The position numbers and the translations under genes are program-made. Positions 1-7,133 of a stretch of 29,137 bases of DNA are shown here, in pieces. The stretch lies in the IMG/VR virus record IMGVR_UViG_3300023055_000022, positions 1 through 29,137 of that record; one strand, given 5' to 3'. This stretch comes from a virus. Lineage: Duplodnaviria; Caudoviricetes. The notes under the pieces were generated by a model. It was not told where the DNA came from. It did not search any database and worked only from the letters and a program-made list of their open reading frames with translations. Numbering within the stretch: position 1 is the stretch's first letter; the number at the start of each line of letters is the position of its first letter.

Positions 1-15
1 GTTTTAAAAGAACGC

Positions 16-31
16 TGGTATGATGCGCGGC
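16..31 (+). promoter_or_regulatory. Extended -10 element (TGg TATGAT) and GC-rich discriminator of the tRNA promoter
   Basis: TATGAT at 19-24 preceded by TG at 16-17 and followed by GCGCGGC, 10 nt upstream of the tRNA; the -35 lies outside the window. Confidence 0.6.
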
Positions 32-34
32 ATT

Positions 35-124
35 GGAGAGATGCCGGAGTGGTCGAACGGGACGGATTCGAAATCCGTTGTACTGGCAACAGTACCTAGG
101 GTTCAAATCCCTATCTCTCCGCCA
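35..124 (+). tRNA. tRNA-Ser, anticodon CGA
   Basis: GGAGAGA/TCTCTCC acceptor stem with GCCA end; anticodon arm ACGGA-TTCGAAA-TCCGT; long variable arm GTACTG-GCAA-CAGTAC; T loop GGTTCAAATCC; 90 nt. Confidence 0.97.
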
Positions 125-135
125 TACGTGAAGTA

Positions 136-181
136 GACGAAGCCCCCGTAAACGTTAAAGTTTACGGGGGCTTCGTCGTTT
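136..181 (+). terminator. 18-bp perfect inverted repeat downstream of the tRNA (terminator and/or att-associated hairpin)
   Basis: GACGAAGCCCCCGTAAAC (136-153) pairs with GTTTACGGGGGCTTCGTC (160-177); 6-nt loop; short T run follows. Confidence 0.75.
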
Positions 182-193
182 CGGGTGGTTGGG

Positions 194-243
194 TTAGGGC
201 AAATTTAGGGCAGATTATCGACCCCTCAGACCGCGTTAGGGCG
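194..243 (+). repeat. TTAGGGC(A/G) direct repeats, putative integrase arm-type binding sites
   Basis: TTAGGGCA at 194-201 and 205-212 (11-bp spacing), TTAGGGCG at 236-243, next to the tRNA 3' end. Confidence 0.55.
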
Positions 244-537
244 GAATAGTCCGCTCGCAATGTCACTATCTTGGATACCATCACCTGTGGATTAGTGAGC
301 ATGAACCACTCTTTACGCTCACTAGCTTTATGTAGGGCGATGCAGCACGAGGATCGGGTCCAAGGCTTGGCATCCCATTTATGCCTCGGTCGGTCGTTGG
401 TTAGCGACCTTATCTACCCTGAATTTCCACGCACTCAATGTGGTAGTCCCTCTCACCGGCCATTCGTCGGCGAGGTCAGGGAAAGGCTGAAAAGCGGGGC
501 GGTTTGTAACGTGGTTGCGACTCCTAAGCAGGCGCTA

Positions 538-546
538 TGCTAGTAT
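538..546 (+). promoter_or_regulatory. Putative extended -10 promoter for the cargo operon
   Basis: TGc TAGTAT at 538-546, upstream of RBS AGGAG (578-582) and GTG at 589. Confidence 0.4.
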
Positions 547-588
547 CACTGGCTTGAAGCAACCCGCTTATCAGTCTAGGAGCTGACT

Positions 589-1317
589 GTGTCCGTCGTC
601 GTCAAATACCAGGTCTCCCTCTTTGTTTCTTTCCAGCCCTTTACGGCGGGTCCGGAGAGCTTTAAGAATGCATTCGAGGTTTTCTTTCCGCGAGGGTTTT
701 TCCCAAGCACGGTACAAGAGCAGGCACCAGGCGGACCTGTAGCAGAACGTTTGTCCTTGACTAACAATACCTTAGGGATAAACGTTCAGTTCCTTTCAAA
801 CCGGATTGACTTCCTAGCAATGCCTTTCGCAAATTCCCAGGCCAAGTTGACCCTTGAGCGATTTGTTGAGGAGGTGCGTGCGTTAATCGGTATGATCTTG
901 GGTCTCCATCGGCCGCGTGTTGATCGTCTTGCGCTCATGACTGAGCGGATGATTGACAATTTGTCGGCTGACGCGCTCGAACAGGCACGTAAACGTTTCA
1001 TCAACTCAGGCATTGATGAATATGAGGATGCGTCGAATGTCGAGTGGTCCATTCGTCAGGTCGTCCGTACGCCACTGAGCGAGGATTTCGGTGTAGTCTG
1101 TAACCGTATCTATGCTCTTTCTAAAGGCACGGTTCAGCTAGGTGATGTTACGGGCGTCCGTTCATTCGAAGCAATCCAGATTGCACTTGACATCAACACG
1201 CTTCCGTTGCCAGGGCAGGAATTTGACGTGGAGAGTATTCAGCTCTTCCTGTCGCGCGTCTTGCCCTCGCATAACGTCTTGCTTGAAAAGATTGAGAACC
1301 GCATCCATGGCCATTGA
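589..1317 (+). CDS. Hypothetical protein, TIGR04255-like (possible tandem SecB-like fold), 242 aa
   Basis: AGGAG RBS with GTG start; motifs QFLSNRIDF, RVDRLAL and IALDINT resemble the pattern I recall for TIGR04255-type proteins; family call unverified. Confidence 0.6.
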   Translation: MSVVVKYQVSLFVSFQPFTAGPESFKNAFEVFFPRGFFPSTVQEQAPGGPVAERLSLTNNTLGINVQFLSNRIDFLAMPFANSQAKLTLERFVEEVRALIGMILGLHRPRVDRLALMTERMIDNLSADALEQARKRFINSGIDEYEDASNVEWSIRQVVRTPLSEDFGVVCNRIYALSKGTVQLGDVTGVRSFEAIQIALDINTLPLPGQEFDVESIQLFLSRVLPSHNVLLEKIENRIHGH

Positions 1318-1963
1318 TTCCGTCGTATTTTCAACGTCAGGCATCAGTGCAAGCTCTTCTGCAACGGGCTCGGTGATCGCGCCTTCAACGGAGGTTTTTG
1401 AAAGCCTCACAGCTACAAACCATGGTGAGAAATTTGCTAGCGCGGTGACGGCAAACCATCACAGTGTAACGGAGCGCCCCAGCTACACAGTTTTGTCATC
1501 TGATACACCAAACGTAGCTCTTCAACAGCGTCAAATTCTTGATAAGCAAAGAAAGATCAAAGAGTTCAGCGCCGAGTTCTATCGGACAATTGAGCATGAT
1601 CACTTTGAGTTTGGGGTCACAGCTAATATCGAGCGAATGGTTGAAAGATGGATTGCGCGTGACCTGAAGACAACTCAGTTGGCGCTCGCTCAGCTTTTTC
1701 AGGACAACCAGCGCAGCGAAAAAATTGTCATCGGTATTCTGAAAGTCATCGCTCATATTGACCCCGAGACCTTGCAGCCGATGAATCGTACAGTCGCTTG
1801 CAGCGCTCTTGGCCTACCCTCTGCAGAGGTTCGCGAATGCGCCGTTAGGGCTTATGAATATTGGGAACGCGCTGACTTCATGGTTGACTTGGAAATTCGT
1901 CCGCTAAGTCCTGCATGGCTAGAGGAGTACAAGCAGACTGTTATCGCTGAGGCGAAAGGTTGA
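1307..1963 (+). CDS. Hypothetical protein with Ser/Thr/Ala-rich N-terminus and HEAT-like helical C-terminus, 218 aa (candidate antitoxin)
   Basis: ATG at 1307 overlaps the upstream ORF by 11 nt; the ORF-track start at 1142 is unlikely; HEAT-like segment ALGLPSAEVRECAVRAYEYW. Confidence 0.7.
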   Translation: MAIDSVVFSTSGISASSSATGSVIAPSTEVFESLTATNHGEKFASAVTANHHSVTERPSYTVLSSDTPNVALQQRQILDKQRKIKEFSAEFYRTIEHDHFEFGVTANIERMVERWIARDLKTTQLALAQLFQDNQRSEKIVIGILKVIAHIDPETLQPMNRTVACSALGLPSAEVRECAVRAYEYWERADFMVDLEIRPLSPAWLEEYKQTVIAEAKG

Positions 1964-1964
1964 T

Positions 1965-2501
1965 ATGGGCTTTTTCGTTCGTAAAATCAGCAAAGGTAAG
2001 TGGCGGAATGACTCCGACGAACCGGTCATTAAAGCTGATGCTTTGACTAGCTGCCTTAGGACGAGTGGAAATACTCTTTCTTTCTGGCGCATCGAGGATC
2101 TAGCTCAGATCGAGGACGCTAAACTTGCTATAGCCGCATCTAATAGCAATCTCGATACCTTTGACATCGTTGTCTTCACCAGTGAGGAGATGGAAGGCTT
2201 TGGTGCTCCGATCAAGGAGACCAGAGGGGACACGGCGTGCAGGGATTTAGCTGATTCGCATCGAGATCTGGCAGAGCTCAATTCCGATCACCTGATCAGG
2301 GTGTCCCACGCAGTTCTGCAAAAGGTGAAAGCTGATGATATTGAGCGAGTGTCGATGCCGAAAGTAAAGATTATGATGTTGGCAGCTGCCAACAGTGATC
2401 GCCTCGACCTGGATCGTTTGTCTGATTCAGTGAAGATCAAAATTGGCTTGCCAGTACCGGAAAAACCAGTTTGCACCTGCGGTGCGGGTGCAGCGCCTTA
2501 G
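1965..2501 (+). CDS. Putative ADP-ribosyltransferase-like protein (candidate toxin), 178 aa
   Basis: Starts 1 nt after the upstream stop; N-terminal strand Arg (FVRKI), LSFW strand and distal SHRDL fit an R-S-x ART/RES-like core; inferred from motifs only. Confidence 0.55.
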   Translation: MGFFVRKISKGKWRNDSDEPVIKADALTSCLRTSGNTLSFWRIEDLAQIEDAKLAIAASNSNLDTFDIVVFTSEEMEGFGAPIKETRGDTACRDLADSHRDLAELNSDHLIRVSHAVLQKVKADDIERVSMPKVKIMMLAAANSDRLDLDRLSDSVKIKIGLPVPEKPVCTCGAGAAP

Positions 2502-2543
2502 GATCAACTCAAGGGCGTTTCGGGTCGGTCTGGCCATCATATC

Positions 2544-2573
2544 CCGCATGACAGCTGTTCTACTGTCATGCGG
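2544..2573. terminator. 11-bp inverted repeat between the convergent cargo operon and integrase
   Basis: CCGCATGACAG (2544-2554) and CTGTCATGCGG (2563-2573), 8-nt loop, no clear U tract. Confidence 0.45.
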
Positions 2574-2660
2574 AGGCTTATCGCGTAGGGTTTACGCCCA
2601 ATTTCTATAGCCATGACCCCAAGATCCATCATTGCTTAAAAACCAGCGGGTGCCGTTTTT

Positions 2661-3914
2661 TCATTGCCGATAGGGTAATCCGTCAGCGAAGCCCATCATT
2701 TTTGAAACTATATCCGCCATGCTTTTGGTGTCCTTCGAGATCCACCGGCCGTAGTGCTTGCGCACCATAGTCGTGTCGCTGTGGCCTAGTTGGCGGGCCA
2801 CCCATTCAATTGGGACGTAGCTTGACAGTGCTTGGCTCGCGAACGTGTGGCGTGCCTGGTTGGCGCCTCGATGGCGAATACCTGCTTTCTCAAGGTGGGC
2901 GGTGAACCAGTTGCTGACGGTCTTGCCGTTCCACAGCAGACCGCTCGTGGAGCTGCGGAACAGGAAGCGGACTTTTTCATGCTTCTTCGTGATGTTGTCT
3001 CGCTGCACAACGGTGATGTAATTGGGTTCCGCGTCCTTTGCTTCGGCCACAATCATGGTCAGCAGCTCCAAGGCCGGCGCGATCAGCTCCACCGTACGAA
3101 TGCGCGAGCGCTCCTTCGGTACCTTGAATTCCCCTGCGACCAGGGCGCGGCGAATTGTCAGGGTGCCAGTCACCAGGTCGACGTCCTCGACCCCTGCCGC
3201 GATCAACTCGGACAGAGACAGCCCGGCCCAACAGTTGAAGACGATCATCCGGCTGTCTGCCATGCGCTCAGGGTCGGCGGCGGCTATCCGCTCGATTTCG
3301 CTCCGGGTGAATGGGTCGGCGAACTCGCTGTCGCTGTCGGACTGGATGTTCTCGATTCGCTCCAGGGGGTTGAGTTTGATAATCTCATCGCTGAATGCGT
3401 CCCCCCACACCCCCCTTATAATCGTGAAGACGTCATTTACAGTTTTTGGTTTGAGGCCATTAGTGAGCAGCTCAGCTTGGAATAATTCCAGCTCGCTCTT
3501 GGGGATGCTTGCGATTGTTCTACCTGTGAATTTTTTCCTAACGTGTTCGGACTTACTCTTGTAGTTGATAAATGTACTGTGGGCCTTTTTGACCTTGGCA
3601 ACTTTAAGCCACTGGGCTATCCCTTCGTCTACGGTCCTTTTGGCTGGTTCATTGGGAAGCTCTTGTCGAGCTTTGAGCCAAACCGAATCGGGGAAGTGTG
3701 CCGCATAGTCAAAGCGGTTTTCCTTGATCTCCGCAAGTATCGTTCTGCGTTTATTGTCCGCGTAGGCAATGGCGGCTTTGTTGATCTTGGCAACGTTACG
3801 TAGCGGCTCGCGGCGGCGTTCGCCTTCAAACATAAAGGCGATCCGCAGAAGGTTGCCATTGATGTCGACGCCTTTCGGCAAAGCGTCGACACCTTGTGGA
3901 AGCTTCACGCTCAT
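2661..3914 (-). CDS. int: Phage tyrosine integrase with N-terminal arm-binding domain, 417 aa
   Basis: N-terminal LRIAFMFEGERRRE and FDYAAHFPDS arm domain; box II NQARHTFAS, QLGH and HYG (catalytic Tyr); box I reads WAGLSLSEL, lacking the usual Arg. Confidence 0.93.
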   Translation of the reverse strand: MSVKLPQGVDALPKGVDINGNLLRIAFMFEGERRREPLRNVAKINKAAIAYADNKRRTILAEIKENRFDYAAHFPDSVWLKARQELPNEPAKRTVDEGIAQWLKVAKVKKAHSTFINYKSKSEHVRKKFTGRTIASIPKSELELFQAELLTNGLKPKTVNDVFTIIRGVWGDAFSDEIIKLNPLERIENIQSDSDSEFADPFTRSEIERIAAADPERMADSRMIVFNCWAGLSLSELIAAGVEDVDLVTGTLTIRRALVAGEFKVPKERSRIRTVELIAPALELLTMIVAEAKDAEPNYITVVQRDNITKKHEKVRFLFRSSTSGLLWNGKTVSNWFTAHLEKAGIRHRGANQARHTFASQALSSYVPIEWVARQLGHSDTTMVRKHYGRWISKDTKSMADIVSKMMGFADGLPYRQ

Positions 3915-4162
3915 GGGCGGCCGGCCATCCAGTTTTCGATTTCAACACGGTTGTAAACAATGACATTGGCTGGATCAGTCCGCCATTGTTTTTCCTCCAG
4001 CCAGATTCCACGATCGCGATACTTGCGAACGGCCTCGGTGCTGAGTCCGAAGATCGGGAAGAGAAGTTCCTTTCGTATCCAGGTGGAAGGTGTTATCAGA
4101 AGTTGCACTGTTTCGCTTTGGGTAGCAGCTTCATGGACTGGCTTAATCTGTGGCTTGGCCAT
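3911..4162 (-). CDS. xis: Putative excisionase, 83 aa
   Basis: Overlaps int start (ATGA); winged-HTH pattern FGLSTEAVRKYRDRGIWLEEKQWR followed by YNRVEIENWM. Confidence 0.75.
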   Translation of the reverse strand: MAKPQIKPVHEAATQSETVQLLITPSTWIRKELLFPIFGLSTEAVRKYRDRGIWLEEKQWRTDPANVIVYNRVEIENWMAGRP

Positions 4163-4178
4163 TTATATATTCTCCAAC

Positions 4179-4394
4179 TTACCGAATAGGGCGCAGGCGT
4201 TTGACCTGCTGGAGTTTCTTTGCAGCCACATTGGCCATATAGGATTCCCATTCCACGCTTTTCTGCTGTTGCCGGATTTGACTGCAGCGGGCATGGTTTC
4301 GGGTTGAGCGTGCTTTGCCGCAGATGTCGCACATCGCCGGAAGGTCGAGGCTATGAGAGGCGATGCGCGGCCGCGTTCTTCTCGCATCAGTCAT
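4179..4394 (-). CDS. Small putative zinc-binding protein (CxxC...H..C), 71 aa
   Basis: CDICGKARSTRNHARCS; overlaps upstream gene in the early left operon. Confidence 0.7.
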   Translation of the reverse strand: MTDARRTRPRIASHSLDLPAMCDICGKARSTRNHARCSQIRQQQKSVEWESYMANVAAKKLQQVKRLRPIR

Positions 4395-4911
4395 GGCGCT
4401 GCTCCAGTACGCGGCTGTAGTCGATCCGGTAGCGTTTCCCGTTTTTGATGTTCTGGACTGAGATCGTCCCTGGGTGGGCTGCAGTGGGGTGGCTGACCAC
4501 TTCGACGCGCGCGTGATGTGTGCCCCGGTCTACCACCAGCTTGCTGCCGATCGGGTAGGCCTGTTCAACGGCTGAGTTCAGGTTGTGTCGGGCTGCCTCC
4601 AGCCATGCGCTGGCAGCGTTGAGGTCGGGGGGAGGATTGACGAGGTCGGGCTTGTAGCCCTCCGCTTTGTCGAGGCAGCGGCAGGGCGTGACACTCGCGC
4701 AGTGGGCACCGGAGAGCAGGGTGTTGCTGTCGGGCTTGCAGCCCTCGGCATTTACCTGGCGGTGGCACTCGATCTCTGCGATAAGCTCCAGCACATCTGT
4801 GGGCGGTACCATTATCCTGTACACGACGGACGTGGTTTCATTCGACGGCTTAGCAGCGGCCCATTCAGCCGCCCACTTAATTTGCAGGATTTCCATGCGT
4901 GTAGTGGTCAC
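4387..4911 (-). CDS. Hypothetical protein with Ead/Ea22-like N-terminal motif, 174 aa
   Basis: PPTDVLELIAEIE motif; overlapping start/stop with neighbours; internal AEG(C/Y)KPD duplication. Confidence 0.6.
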   Translation of the reverse strand: MTTTRMEILQIKWAAEWAAAKPSNETTSVVYRIMVPPTDVLELIAEIECHRQVNAEGCKPDSNTLLSGAHCASVTPCRCLDKAEGYKPDLVNPPPDLNAASAWLEAARHNLNSAVEQAYPIGSKLVVDRGTHHARVEVVSHPTAAHPGTISVQNIKNGKRYRIDYSRVLEQRHD

Positions 4912-5111
4912 AGCGAATACCTCCCATGCACTCGGCGAGCGTTCGAACTGAGGGCCAGATGCTCAAGTTTCGTGGCGCTGTTTACAGTCGGTAACGTGCC
5001 TATCACTGAGCTTCGGTCGATGCTGCTGCGATGCAGCTCGACCAAGGCGGTGATCAGTGCCACGACAAGTGCAAGGCTGATCAACTGCCAGGTGCGTGTT
5101 GAGTTAGGCAC
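4908..5111 (-). CDS. Small membrane protein, 67 aa
   Basis: GTG at 5111 with GAGG RBS; hydrophobic WQLISLALVVALITALV; coupled to both neighbours. Confidence 0.55.
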   Translation of the reverse strand: MPNSTRTWQLISLALVVALITALVELHRSSIDRSSVIGTLPTVNSATKLEHLALSSNARRVHGRYSL

Positions 5112-5529
5112 GTGGGCATCCCTCGTTAAGCTGGCGTAGCACCTGCTTGCTGGCCAGCTCGAACAGTTCGACGGCGGATACCGGCGTGACGGATTGCTCG
5201 CAGTTGCGCACCGCTTCAAACCGAGTTTGGTACAGCCCGGCCTGGCCGAGCCAAGCGGCTGCGTTGAGTACGTCAGGTGCTGGGTGCTCGTATTGATGGA
5301 CGATCTGCATGGCCTGGTCGAAGGTCATCGCACGGCCTTTGAAGTACCAGGCGGGATTGTCAGCGTTGGTCAGTACCAAAGTGTCCAGCAACGGCACTGA
5401 GGCGTCTGCATTCCAGTTGTCGAGGATCTGGCTCAGGCCGAGCGCCTTGGCGATGGCCGGGGCGTTGGTGGTCTTGCCGCATCCAGCTGGACCATGGACG
5501 AGGCAGCTGGGAGGGGTATGAATCGTCAT
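5104..5529 (-). CDS. Small P-loop-containing protein, 141 aa
   Basis: Walker A GPAGCGKT near N-terminus; ATGA overlap with upstream gene. Confidence 0.7.
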   Translation of the reverse strand: MTIHTPPSCLVHGPAGCGKTTNAPAIAKALGLSQILDNWNADASVPLLDTLVLTNADNPAWYFKGRAMTFDQAMQIVHQYEHPAPDVLNAAAWLGQAGLYQTRFEAVRNCEQSVTPVSAVELFELASKQVLRQLNEGCPRA

Positions 5530-6041
5530 GCTTCAGCTCCCGCAGTTGCGGCGCTCGGGGTGCTGCGCAGTTGGGCGTGGATCCGCTTGGCCAAGTCGTC
5601 AATGACGTCAGCCTGGGCACCTGCTCGCGTTGCCTCGGCTTCGGTCTTCAAGGCTTTGAATGTGCGCTCAGCCAGGCGCATCGTGGACGAAGCGCTGACC
5701 AGCTTCTCGTAGTCCACCTTGGTCACCGCGAGGCCCGTATACGACATGATTCGGGCCTCAAGCTCCCTGATGCTTGCCTTGAGCGCGGTGATGCTGGCTC
5801 GACGCGCGGCAAGCTCCACATTGCTGGTTTCCTGAGTGCGCAGCAGCTCTGCGCGTAGATCGTCCAGGGCCTGTTTGGCTTCCTTGAGCTGCAGGCTCAA
5901 GGTCTGGTCGTGGAAGGTTTTACCGGCTTCGAAGCCTCGGGCATAAGCAAGGCGGCGTGCTTTGGCGATCAGGAAGGGAAGGATGACCAGGGTGATCATC
6001 CAGCCAATACCGGCGGCGAGTGCGTACTGATGTGGTTGCAT
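5526..6041 (-). CDS. Hypothetical protein with N-terminal TM helix and coiled coil, 171 aa
   Basis: ATG at 6041 after GGAG RBS; TM ALAAGIGWMITLVILPFLIA; heptad-rich body. Confidence 0.75.
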   Translation of the reverse strand: MQPHQYALAAGIGWMITLVILPFLIAKARRLAYARGFEAGKTFHDQTLSLQLKEAKQALDDLRAELLRTQETSNVELAARRASITALKASIRELEARIMSYTGLAVTKVDYEKLVSASSTMRLAERTFKALKTEAEATRAGAQADVIDDLAKRIHAQLRSTPSAATAGAEA

Positions 6042-6132
6042 GTGCTGTGCTCCATAGTGCCCAGCACCGGCCGGAGGTGTGGTGATGGCCAGGTGCTGGA
6101 TGCGATGCCCCTGATGGCCGGGGCCGCCTCTG

Positions 6133-6372
6133 CTATGCCGTCTGCTTCGCTTGGGTGTCGAGGTAGTCGGCGAGGTCATGCAGGTAAATCACGTACTGCG
6201 CACGGGCTGAGTGGTGCAGCTTTGAAGGCTTCAGCCCAATCTTTCCGGCGTTGATCAGCTCCCTGAACCGGCGGTCTGTCTTGATATGAGGGAAGTAGTG
6301 CTCACGCACCGCAGTCAATGTCGGACAGGGAGTGGTCCACTGCTTGCGTAGCTGCCCAAGGGTGTCTGTCAT
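6133..6372 (-). CDS. Pyocin activator PrtN-family protein, 79 aa
   Basis: Pattern LTAVREHYFPHI, INAGKIGL, SARA and IYLHDLADYLD is characteristic of the PrtN family. Confidence 0.75.
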   Translation of the reverse strand: MTDTLGQLRKQWTTPCPTLTAVREHYFPHIKTDRRFRELINAGKIGLKPSKLHHSARAQYVIYLHDLADYLDTQAKQTA

Positions 6373-6878
6373 GGGCGCTCCCCACGCCCCTCGGGGATCT
6401 GGCCGAGCTTCGTGCGTACTGCTTCGGCGAGCGCGGTCTTGCAGCTGCCGTATGCAGTCGCGTAGACCTCTCCCTGATCGTTGGTCACAACGGTGCCGAA
6501 GGGATGGTGCTCGTCGGTTGTGGGAGTGATGTAGGCATGCAAGCCTTCCGGTAATACCTGGCTCACACAGTCCAGCGCTTCTATCAGGGCGATAGCGCGC
6601 TGGATCTGCTGTCCCGACTCAGTTCGGCCATTGGCCACGTCCTGCAGGAAGTCGCGCAGGGACATGTACTTGGTCGAGTCGCCGCGGCGCAGCGTGATCG
6701 AGCCCGTGAATGGACCGAAGCGGACCTGCAGGTGATGATCGCGGTCGTCGTTCTCCACGTGGATATGCGCATCGACGATGGTTTCAGGGCGTCTCAGCGG
6801 GCAGGTGGCGCTGCCGCCGTGCTCCAGCGTCCCTTCAAGAAGCATCACTCGACGCAGATTGATGGTGAATTCGTTCAT
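6369..6878 (-). CDS. Hypothetical phage protein, 169 aa
   Basis: ATGA overlaps on both sides; GAGG RBS. Confidence 0.75.
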   Translation of the reverse strand: MNEFTINLRRVMLLEGTLEHGGSATCPLRRPETIVDAHIHVENDDRDHHLQVRFGPFTGSITLRRGDSTKYMSLRDFLQDVANGRTESGQQIQRAIALIEALDCVSQVLPEGLHAYITPTTDEHHPFGTVVTNDQGEVYATAYGSCKTALAEAVRTKLGQIPEGRGERP

Positions 6879-7036
6879 GCCTCACCCCCATTGGGGATGG
6901 CGCGGACATGACCGGCAGGGGAGACGACCAGACGAAGCCCGGTTGAGCGTTGAAAGGCTTCAACGGTGGAAGGGCGGGTGCAGGTGGTTGGGTGCAGGTA
7001 GACCTTACACCCACTGTTTGGCTGTGCAGTTGGCAT
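6875..7036 (-). CDS. Small hypothetical phage protein, first gene of the pL operon, 53 aa
   Basis: ATG at 7036 with GAGG RBS; VYLHP and VEAFQRSTGL segments; stop overlaps next start. Confidence 0.65.
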   Translation of the reverse strand: MPTAQPNSGCKVYLHPTTCTRPSTVEAFQRSTGLRLVVSPAGHVRAIPNGGEA

Positions 7037-7071
7037 TTCTGGACCTCGGTGGTGAGAGGATAGAGGTCCAG

Positions 7072-7113
7072 ACAATACTCAAACGAATTTAGTCGGTCAA
7101 TACCTTTTCGTAT
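7072..7113 (-). promoter_or_regulatory. pL promoter with two overlapping operators (OL)
   Basis: Minus strand TTGACC (7100-7095), 17 nt, TATTGT (7077-7072); operator-like 14-mers at 7075-7088 and 7100-7113. Confidence 0.75.
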
Positions 7114-7133
7114 TGATCGTATGAGCGGTGTGG

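Noticed and set aside
271-543. 90-aa ORF between tRNA and cargo operon
   Set aside because: TTG start without a clear RBS, no recognisable motifs, and it overlaps the likely promoter region
1142-1306. N-terminal extension of ORF2 in the ORF track
   Set aside because: It overlaps ORF1 by 176 nt; ATG at 1307 gives typical translational coupling
6042-6179. N-terminal extension of the 5526-6179 ORF
   Set aside because: It overlaps the prtN-like gene and the intergenic hairpin; a GGAG RBS supports ATG at 6041
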